Source: Actinomycetota bacterium (GTDB lineage Bacteria; Actinomycetota; Coriobacteriia; Anaerosomatales; JAENZW01). Taken from it: DNA of 64,000 nt. The stretch's first letter is position 1; every line of letters starts with the position of its first letter. Both the position numbers and the translations under genes were made by a program. The notes below the pieces were generated by a model that made no database searches, was not told where the DNA came from, and saw only the letters and a list, made by a program, of their open reading frames with translations. This document shows, piece after piece, positions 36,216-43,284 of the stretch. The stretch is taken from NCBI GenBank assembly GCA_016841065.1, contig JAENZW010000001.1, positions 6,502 through 70,501 of the forward strand, in the 5' to 3' direction.

Positions 36216-37594
36216 GAAGGCTCGATGCCGATCTCCTCGCGATACTTGGCAACGGTGCGACGGGCAACGGTAACGCCTTCCACGCGCAGAATCTCAACAA
36301 GCTTCTGGTCGGACATCGGATGCCGATCGTCCTCTTCGCGTACTAGTTCCTTGATGCGTTGCTTCACGCTCGTGGCCGCCACATCAAAGCCCGTCCGCGT
36401 TCTGTAGCCGCCCGAGAAGAAGTGCTTCAGTTCAAAGAGCCCGTATGGTGTGGCCATGTACTTTCCGGTAACGCCTCTGCTGATCGTTGAGAGATGTACC
36501 CCGAGTTCGACTGCAACATCCTCGAGCCTCAGCGGTCTCAGAAGGCCCCTTCCGTCCTCGAAGAACTCCGCCTGTACCTCCAGGACAGTCTGGGTGATGC
36601 GACTAACGGTGTCCTTGCGGCGATCGATATTCCGAATGAAGCTCTCAGCCGAGCGAATCTTGTCCTTCAGATACCGTTTGGTCTCGTCGTCAGTCCCCGA
36701 GCCCGTGCGGAGCATTCGACGATACCGTACGCTCACCCGCAGCGTCGGTATCGACTCGTTGTTCGGCGTGATAACCCACTCGTCGTCGAACCGCCGAATC
36801 GTCACATCCGGAACGATGTAGCCAGGCGAAGGGCCCGGCGAGAAAGCGCCGGCTGGACGCGGGTTGAGCGTCCGGAGAACCTCTACAACACGCCGCACCT
36901 CATCCTCGTCCGTCTTCAGAGACCGTGCGACCTTTCGGAAATGGCTCGCTGCGATGTCATCGAGGTGATTGCGTATGATTCCTTCCAGCAGAGGTTCTTC
37001 GAGCCCGAGGTACGTGGCTTGTATAAGAAGTGCCTCCGCCAGGTCACGGGCGGCCACACCGGGTGGGTCGAGGAGCTGGACTACCCCGAGGGCCTCCTCG
37101 GCCTCCTCGGGGGTAACGCCGACCTGCGCCGCGATCTCCGCGCAGTTGCCCACGAAGAACCCGTCGTCATCCAGCGATCCGATAACCGCGCGAGCCGCTC
37201 TGTCGACGCTCTCCGTGATGGTGATCAGCGCGAGCTGCTCGAGCAGGTACTCGTCGAAGGACTGAATGCCGCCGACAAACTCCTCGGTGTTCACCACATC
37301 CGCATTGGGATCGCGGGGAGCGCTGAGGTCCATCGACTCGAGATCGTCGTACATGTCGAGCCACTCTTCCCAGGCCTGATCTTCCTCGGAAGACTCATTG
37401 GGCTCATCATCACTCGCGGTCTCACTGTCGTCCGTGTCGGGCTCGTCGAGCTCGAGAACAGGGTTCTCAAGCATCTCGACCTCAACAAGCTGCTGGAGCT
37501 CGGCGATGGGCATAGCGAGTATGTTCAGACCCTGATAGACCTGCGGCGAGAGTGTTACCTTGTGCCGCAGCTCGGGTCGCTGGCTGAGCTCCAC
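36194..37594 (-). CDS. rpoN: RNA polymerase sigma-54 factor
   Basis: 466-aa ORF. Gln/Leu-rich region I (LSPQVYQGLNILAMPIAELQQLVEVEMLENPVLE), an acidic region II, and a C-terminal HTH plus RpoN box (ARRTVAKYRE). GTG start with GGGAGG upstream. Confidence 0.92.
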   Translation of the reverse strand: MELSQRPELRHKVTLSPQVYQGLNILAMPIAELQQLVEVEMLENPVLELDEPDTDDSETASDDEPNESSEEDQAWEEWLDMYDDLESMDLSAPRDPNADVVNTEEFVGGIQSFDEYLLEQLALITITESVDRAARAVIGSLDDDGFFVGNCAEIAAQVGVTPEEAEEALGVVQLLDPPGVAARDLAEALLIQATYLGLEEPLLEGIIRNHLDDIAASHFRKVARSLKTDEDEVRRVVEVLRTLNPRPAGAFSPGPSPGYIVPDVTIRRFDDEWVITPNNESIPTLRVSVRYRRMLRTGSGTDDETKRYLKDKIRSAESFIRNIDRRKDTVSRITQTVLEVQAEFFEDGRGLLRPLRLEDVAVELGVHLSTISRGVTGKYMATPYGLFELKHFFSGGYRTRTGFDVAATSVKQRIKELVREEDDRHPMSDQKLVEILRVEGVTVARRTVAKYREEIGIEPSWARRRR

Positions 37595-37714
37595 GTCTCG
37601 CCTCCCGTCGCGATGTGCACCCTATCCGGCCGCACCGCGGGCGCGGCCCCTAGCAAACTATATACCACCTCTTCCCTCATTCATGACGAAGCGTCGCCAG
37701 AATGTGCATCCCGG

Positions 37715-38686
37715 TCACGCGACTGGGGGTATCTGCTCCTCCAACCGAGACGATAGTTGGACCAGGAGGATGGCGGCCAGCACCACGACGCCTCCGACTA
37801 TCTGAAGTGCGTCGAATCTCTCCTGGAGCGTTGTCCAGGCGATGATCCCGGCCAACACGGGCTCAAGCGTCGATGTGACCACGGCCTTCGTCGCGTCAAT
37901 GTAGTGAAGCGCCTTGAGCGACGCTGCGAAAGGAACGATCGTGCCGACGAGACCCAGGTACACAACCGCGACGACTCCTGCGGTCGAACGATACGCATCG
38001 AGAATGGGCGCCCAGCCGCCAAGGTAGACGAGCCAGAAGACCGTGGCGAATCCAAGACCGTATGCGAGCAGAGTCCATGGCGAGAACCGCGTGGATGCCC
38101 ACTTGCCCATCAGTTGATAGAAGGCAAACACCACGGCAGCAGCAAGCCCCCAGGCCACGCCAGCGGGCGAAACCTCAAGGCCACCTTCGCCGAACGCGCC
38201 AACCACGAGCGCACAACCCCCTACCGAGAGGAAGACACCCACCGGCAGAACCCACGTCAGCTTCTCGGAGAGGAACAACACCGAGACGACGAGCACTATT
38301 ACCGGGGCAAGGTACTCCAACAGAACGGCAGTGGCCACGTTCGAATACGAGATCGCCTGATAGTAGGCAGCATGCAGTCCGGCCATTCCTACGACTCCGA
38401 AGACGGCGAGCACCGGGATGTCTCGGCGTGTCACCTTGAATGCTCGCGGTCGCCTTATGAGCAGGTAGACCGCCAGGAGTACGAACGCGGTCGCGGCCCG
38501 CGCCCCGGCCAGCGCGGTTGGGCTCATGGTGATGCCGGGGGGCTGAACGACCCAGCCTGACGTCATCTCGCCGGCTGGTGTCATGATCCACTTCGCGACG
38601 ACGCCACTCGTTGCCCAGCACGCAGCGGCGAGCGTCGCGAGTGCGTAGCCTCGCCACGTCTCTGATGCGCCATGACGCTCAGACAA
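37715..38686 (-). CDS. EamA/DMT-superfamily transporter
   Basis: ORF track 37715..38785. About 10 TM helices in two EamA repeats. Start trimmed to TTG 38686, which overlaps the CDF stop (cTTGTCTGA). The start is uncertain. Confidence 0.75.
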   Translation of the reverse strand: MSERHGASETWRGYALATLAAACWATSGVVAKWIMTPAGEMTSGWVVQPPGITMSPTALAGARAATAFVLLAVYLLIRRPRAFKVTRRDIPVLAVFGVVGMAGLHAAYYQAISYSNVATAVLLEYLAPVIVLVVSVLFLSEKLTWVLPVGVFLSVGGCALVVGAFGEGGLEVSPAGVAWGLAAAVVFAFYQLMGKWASTRFSPWTLLAYGLGFATVFWLVYLGGWAPILDAYRSTAGVVAVVYLGLVGTIVPFAASLKALHYIDATKAVVTSTLEPVLAGIIAWTTLQERFDALQIVGGVVVLAAILLVQLSSRLEEQIPPVA

Positions 38687-39623
38687 GTCCCGCGTCCATC
38701 TCTTCGGCAGTCTGCCGGGCTTCGTAGGCGTCGTACGGTTCCACGTGGGCGATGACATCCAACACCTGCGGAAACGCCTCCGCAACCGCGCGTTCGACGG
38801 TCTCGGCTATGGCGTGGGCAGCTTCCACCGGAATCGAGCCGTCGACCTGCACGTGCAGATCGACGTACACGTCTGTGGGTAGTCCGCGGGTACGCACACG
38901 ATGGCATCCGAGGACGCCAGGGACCGAGCACACGACCGCTGCTACCGCCGGTGGCGGAATGCGCACGCTGTCAGACAGAGTCTCTCCGGCCTGCCTGAAG
39001 ACCTGGAGCGCCGCGAAAGCGATGCTTACCGCAACGAGAAGTGCAATCACCGGATCCGCGATGGGATAGCCGAGACGAACCGCGACCAGACCAAGAATGA
39101 CACCGAGGCTCACATAGACATCGCTCATCGTGTGACTTGCGTCCGCAATGAGTATCTCGCTCCCGAGCCTCTTCCCCGCTCGACGCTCGAAGACGGTCAC
39201 ACCTGTGTTGACGCAGATGGTGCCGATCATGACGACGAACGAAATCGCGGTGACGTCTGCCGGCTCGACGCCTCGAACGAGCTCTCTGATCGCAGTACCA
39301 CCCACGTTGTAGGCGGCAACGGCTAGCATCGCGCCGATAGCGGCTGACGCGTACGTCTCGTACTTACCGTGTCCGTAGGGGTGGTCCCTGTCCGCCGGTC
39401 GACCGGCGAGCGCAAGGCCGAACAGCCCGATGACGTTTGATGTCCCATCGAACATCGAGTGGAAGCCGTCCGCCTGCATGGCCACCGACCCGGAGGCAAG
39501 ACCCCAGCCTAGCTTCGCCACAGCCACGAGCACGTTCAGGCCCAGAACGACCCAGAGCACGCGACGCACCGCTCGTGTGCGCTCGGAAGTGGTGGATTCT
39601 GACGATTGTCGTTGGTATCCCAT
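38679..39623 (-). CDS. cation diffusion facilitator (CzcD/ZitB-type) metal efflux transporter
   Basis: 314-aa ORF. Six TM helices with HSMFD (TM2) and HTMSD (TM5) metal-site motifs, and a C-terminal cytoplasmic domain. Confidence 0.88.
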   Translation of the reverse strand: MGYQRQSSESTTSERTRAVRRVLWVVLGLNVLVAVAKLGWGLASGSVAMQADGFHSMFDGTSNVIGLFGLALAGRPADRDHPYGHGKYETYASAAIGAMLAVAAYNVGGTAIRELVRGVEPADVTAISFVVMIGTICVNTGVTVFERRAGKRLGSEILIADASHTMSDVYVSLGVILGLVAVRLGYPIADPVIALLVAVSIAFAALQVFRQAGETLSDSVRIPPPAVAAVVCSVPGVLGCHRVRTRGLPTDVYVDLHVQVDGSIPVEAAHAIAETVERAVAEAFPQVLDVIAHVEPYDAYEARQTAEEMDAGLV

Positions 39624-39647
39624 TCGTCCACCCCGCGATAGACAAAC

Positions 39648-39681
39648 TTGCTCAGCATACCCCAGGGGGGTATAGTCTCAA
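39648..39681. promoter_or_regulatory. back-to-back sigma-70-type promoters (csoR-like gene / CDF gene) sharing one CsoR-family-type operator
   Basis: Plus strand: TTGCTC (39648..39653), 17-nt spacer, TATAGT (39671..39676). Minus strand: TTGAGA (39681..39676), 16-nt spacer, TATGCT (39659..39654). The inverted repeat ATACCCCAGGGGGGTAT (39657..39673) lies in both spacers. Confidence 0.6.
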
Positions 39682-39725
39682 TAGCCTGCCTGCCCATGAT
39701 AACCCCATTCGTCGAGGGAGCGATC

Positions 39726-40022
39726 ATGTCCGATGCCGTAGAAGCCGTCGCCGAGGATGATGAGAAGCGACGCATCGTCAATCGCCTGAAGCGGCTCGAG
39801 GGCCAGATTCGTGGATTGCAGACGATGATCGAGTCCGGCAAGGACTGCGAAGCCGTCCTCACTCAGATCATGGCAGCGAAATCCGCGCTCAACCAGGTCG
39901 GCATGCACATCATCGGCCACTCGATGAAGCGATGCCTCATCGATGACGAATCCAAGACGCGCGACGAACTCATCGATGAAGCGATTGCCGTGTTCCTGAA
40001 GTACTCGGCCTGCATCAAGTAG
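39726..40022 (+). CDS. CsoR/RcnR-family (DUF156) metal- or thiol-sensing transcriptional repressor
   Basis: ORF track 39648..40022. Start trimmed to ATG 39726 (GAGGGAG SD). RIVNRLKRLEGQIRGLQTMIESGKDCEAVLTQIMAAKSALNQVGMHIIGHSMKRCL is the typical family core, with Cys, His and Cys candidates. Confidence 0.85.
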   Translation: MSDAVEAVAEDDEKRRIVNRLKRLEGQIRGLQTMIESGKDCEAVLTQIMAAKSALNQVGMHIIGHSMKRCLIDDESKTRDELIDEAIAVFLKYSACIK

Positions 40023-40031
40023 GGACTCGCG

Positions 40032-40430
40032 TCAAGCGACTACTTCGTCGACCATCCCTGTTACGGTGCGCTCAAACTCCTCCGACACCTCGTCGAGTTC
40101 ATGCTCGGGAAACACCGCACGCCACAGGGTGGGCCTGAGCGCGGCAACGACAATCCCCTGGTTCTCCTCCTCATAGACGTTGATTCTGCACGGCAACATC
40201 AACGAGACTGGATCGTTGGCGTTGTGTTCCTCAGGCGCAATCTCAAAGATGACGAGCGGGCGAATCGGAAAACCCTTCGCCGCCAGAGCGGCAGTGATGT
40301 CGTAGCGGTTCAACACGACAAAGCCGTGGTCGCGTACAACTCGCTCCACGGCTCCCAGGGTCTCAGCGAAGGTCCCCTTGCCTTGCCGCCGATAGGCGTA
40401 GTCCACACAGCCCCCATCCCTGCACTCCAC
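40032..40430 (-). CDS. DUF302 domain-containing protein
   Basis: 132-aa ORF. FAETLGAVERVVRDHGFVVLNRYDITAALAAKGFPIRPLVIFEI matches the DUF302 pattern as I recall it. Confidence 0.7.
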   Translation of the reverse strand: MECRDGGCVDYAYRRQGKGTFAETLGAVERVVRDHGFVVLNRYDITAALAAKGFPIRPLVIFEIAPEEHNANDPVSLMLPCRINVYEEENQGIVVAALRPTLWRAVFPEHELDEVSEEFERTVTGMVDEVVA

Positions 40431-40448
40431 CGGAGTGCGTCGCTATGC

Positions 40449-40652
40449 TCAACCAAACGCCCCGGGTCCGCACGTCCGAGACCCCCGGGAGTCGGACCCG
40501 GAACCCGTCCCGAGAATCCCGCCGCCGAATCCGACACCGACGTTCACGGAACCGCACTTGGGACAGATCTTGTCATCGTCACGCAGTAGGCGCATGACGA
40601 ACCTGTCGAACTTCTCTCCGCAATCCTTACACGTGAGGTCGTAGGTAGGCAA
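40449..40652 (-). CDS. FmdB-family zinc-ribbon protein
   Basis: 67-aa ORF, MPTYDLTCKDCGEKFD...CPKCGS, followed by a Gly-rich tail. This is the canonical FmdB/CxxC-x-CxxC layout. Confidence 0.8.
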   Translation of the reverse strand: MPTYDLTCKDCGEKFDRFVMRLLRDDDKICPKCGSVNVGVGFGGGILGTGSGSDSRGSRTCGPGAFG

Positions 40653-40655
40653 CGA

Positions 40656-40979
40656 CTACGCCTCAAGTCCGAGCTCGGACACAAGCGCGTCCGCTCCGCG
40701 CGCACCGACCACCTGAGCAACGACGCTGCCTCGCTCAAACTTGGCGATTGTCGGGATACTCATCACTCCGTACTGCACTGCGACGTCACGGCTCTCGTCT
40801 ACATTCACCTTCACGAACTTCACCGATTCGCCCATGCGCGAAGCAAGCTTCTCGATTTCAGGTCCCACTATTCGACATGGCCCACACCATGGAGCCCAAA
40901 AATCCACGACTACGGGGGTTGTGGCGTCGAGGACCTCGGATGCGAACTCCTCCGTGGAAACGTTCTTCACTTCACTCAT
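40656..40979 (-). CDS. trxA: thioredoxin
   Basis: 107-aa ORF with the WAPWCGPC active site. Confidence 0.93.
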   Translation of the reverse strand: MSEVKNVSTEEFASEVLDATTPVVVDFWAPWCGPCRIVGPEIEKLASRMGESVKFVKVNVDESRDVAVQYGVMSIPTIAKFERGSVVAQVVGARGADALVSELGLEA

Positions 40980-41022
40980 CGATACTCCTCAAGTGTCTCA
41001 GGGGCGCAACTTCACAGCGCTC

Positions 41023-41051
41023 ATTATACCCATGGGGGTATCGCTAGTCAA
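41023..41051 (-). promoter_or_regulatory. sigma-70 consensus-like promoter of trxA operon with embedded CsoR-family-type operator
   Basis: Minus strand TTGACT (41051..41046), 17-nt spacer, TATAAT (41028..41023). The spacer contains ATACCCCCATGGGTAT (41026..41041). Confidence 0.7.
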
Positions 41052-41125
41052 ACAACGTACCCGCACAATTCCTTCCCCAGACGGTATCATTCACTCACTG
41101 CCACTGGGCAGAAAGGCAACAAGGC

Positions 41126-42358
41126 ATGCCGTGGATGTCATGGGCGAGCGTCGGCCTTGGCGGACTTCTCTCCGGAGCCGCTCTCGTTGGCGTGCTCGCC
41201 CTCCGTCGGTCCGCCGAACCTCTCATGCTTCTCGCCTGCCTCGCAGGGACCGCCGTCGCGGCGAACGGCTTGATTGGCGTGATCACCTCCTACGCACGCC
41301 CGGGGGTCACCCTTCTCACCATTCTGTTGGGACTGGGCTGTTCCGCCGGAGGATATGGGCTGGCGAGTTCCGCACTTCCCTCCGTGGCAACCAGGCAACA
41401 GGACGTGAGCTTGGACGGCATCTCTGCTGAGCCTGAGGACTCACGCCCCCTCGTACTGGTTGTCGCTGCGGTGGAACCACCGATCTACGAACCGTCAGTA
41501 CTCGCCGACGAGCTGGTCGATTTGCAGGCGTCGGGAATGCCTCAGGCAACGATTGGCGTGACGCCATTCTTGTTCGCAGCAGCGAAGACACGATACCGCG
41601 CGGCAGGGGGGCGAAGCCCGTCCTTGCCTCAGGCGCGCGCCTTGACGGAACGTCTCGAGTCAGTGCTTCCCGCCGACCAATACGCTGGCGTATCCCTCGT
41701 CACCTTGATCGGTCGCGACCGCCTTGACTTCGCGGTCGAACGAGCAGCCCGATCTGGGCATCGACGATTCATCATCGTCAATCAAGCCGCAGCCGAGTCT
41801 CACGAGTGGGAGCGAGCGCGTGAGGAACTCGACTTGCTGCGGCCAGAGGATCACAGGCTGTCCGTCGTCCACACCACACCACTGTGGTCCGAGGAGTCGC
41901 TCGCTGACATGCTGGTGCGCCGTACGGCACGTTTCGCCCCCGCTCCAGACACGACCGGTGTGGCGCTCGTCCTGCATGGACAGTCAGATCTACGGGTGCG
42001 GCGACAACCCCAATACGAAGTCCAGGAGAACTCGTTTGCAAACCGTGTTCGCATGGGACTCGTTGAACACGGGCTCGGCGAGGCGAACGTGAGGCTCTGC
42101 TATGCCGAATGGGGTACGCCCGACATCACTGAGACCGTGCGCCATATCGCCGCTCTTGGTGCTACACGCATCCTCGTGTGCCCGGTGTGCTACCCCTTCG
42201 AGTCCATCGCCACTGTGCTCGACATCTCTGTCGCAATCCGTCAAGCACGGGTATCCCCTCACGTCTATACGACGACGTTGACTGCTTGGGGAGACGACCC
42301 TGTGGTCGCTGACACTCTCGCCACCGTTGTCAGGCAGGCTCACAACGAACTGCCGTAG
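41126..42358 (+). CDS. membrane-anchored class II chelatase-like (ferrochelatase/CbiX-like) protein
   Basis: 410-aa ORF. About 3 N-terminal TM helices, then AAKTRYRAAGGRSPSLPQARALTERL, VALVLHGQSD and ILVCPVCYPFESIATVLDI. These resemble ferrochelatase segments (kY..IGG.SPL; saHG.P; v.P..F..D..ET..Ei). Assignment is from memory of the family pattern only. Confidence 0.4.
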   Translation: MPWMSWASVGLGGLLSGAALVGVLALRRSAEPLMLLACLAGTAVAANGLIGVITSYARPGVTLLTILLGLGCSAGGYGLASSALPSVATRQQDVSLDGISAEPEDSRPLVLVVAAVEPPIYEPSVLADELVDLQASGMPQATIGVTPFLFAAAKTRYRAAGGRSPSLPQARALTERLESVLPADQYAGVSLVTLIGRDRLDFAVERAARSGHRRFIIVNQAAAESHEWERAREELDLLRPEDHRLSVVHTTPLWSEESLADMLVRRTARFAPAPDTTGVALVLHGQSDLRVRRQPQYEVQENSFANRVRMGLVEHGLGEANVRLCYAEWGTPDITETVRHIAALGATRILVCPVCYPFESIATVLDISVAIRQARVSPHVYTTTLTAWGDDPVVADTLATVVRQAHNELP

Positions 42359-42382
42359 GCGGTCAGAGAGGCTCGACGGTGA

Positions 42383-43102
42383 CTACCCGTCGACGGTGCA
42401 CAGTTCCCAGTTCCGCGCATGCTGACGCCGGATCTGTGGAATGCGCACTGCGTAGCGGAGTGCCAGGCTGAGACCAGCCTTGCCCGTCTCGGCGTGCGTG
42501 TCGAGGTCGTCAATTGCTGTTCGAAGATCCTCGGCTGACCGGCCCTTGAACACTGTGTATCCCGTCCCAATGCCCTCAAGAACGTGCGCGTCGGAGCCTC
42601 CGGTGGCTGCGATTCCCTGACCACCTGCGAACATCTTCGCTGCTACGCGATTCGCCCAACCCAGATACGGGATCGAGTTGTATACCTCGAGCGCATGGAA
42701 GGCCATGTCGTTGACCGCGTCGAGAAAACCTCCCCGACCGAACGGCCCGAATACGCCCCGATTTGAGAAGGGGTGTGGGATGATTGCGATTCCGTCCTGG
42801 TCGTTGATTCGGGCGATAGTCTCCTTGGCGGTGAGACCGGCCCGAATCGGGCGCTCAAGGAAGAGGCCAATGATGTGGCCGGATTGGGAGGATATCTCCT
42901 CGCCGACAATCACCTCGAAGTCGTACATCTCCTCGAGCGACTTCGCAAAACGAGCGCCCTCGATGGTGTTGTGATCCGTGATGGCGATGACCGAAAGGTC
43001 CGTCCGCTCCTGCACGTATTCCATGATCTCCGGAATGCGAGCCAGTCCGTCGCTATGATTGCTGTGGATGTGAAGATCTGCCTTGCCCAGCACGTCAGTC
43101 AC
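42383..43102 (-). CDS. PHP-domain metal-dependent phosphoesterase
   Basis: 239-aa ORF with DLHIHSNHSDG, ITDHNT and GGSDAH motifs. Confidence 0.82.
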   Translation of the reverse strand: MTDVLGKADLHIHSNHSDGLARIPEIMEYVQERTDLSVIAITDHNTIEGARFAKSLEEMYDFEVIVGEEISSQSGHIIGLFLERPIRAGLTAKETIARINDQDGIAIIPHPFSNRGVFGPFGRGGFLDAVNDMAFHALEVYNSIPYLGWANRVAAKMFAGGQGIAATGGSDAHVLEGIGTGYTVFKGRSAEDLRTAIDDLDTHAETGKAGLSLALRYAVRIPQIRRQHARNWELCTVDG

Positions 43103-43284
43103 TCGGTCTTCCCCTCATTCAACCTCCGCGATGGAGGAGTAGGTGTTGCCTCTTGGAGGAACTGCAACTCCTATGCCGTTGCTGCACGGACCGCGTCGGA
43201 CCGTCACTATGTATCATCGGCGGTGCCGCACCAGCTCCGTACCCTCCCGTGACGGGCGGTGGCCACAATGCGACGAACAGTATC

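Noticed and set aside
43130-43210. tRNA-like anticodon-stem look-alike (GGAGG-aactgcaa-CTCC) in the gap upstream of the PHP gene.
   Set aside because: There is no T-arm (GTTCRANYC) and no acceptor-stem complementarity. The loop is 8 nt.
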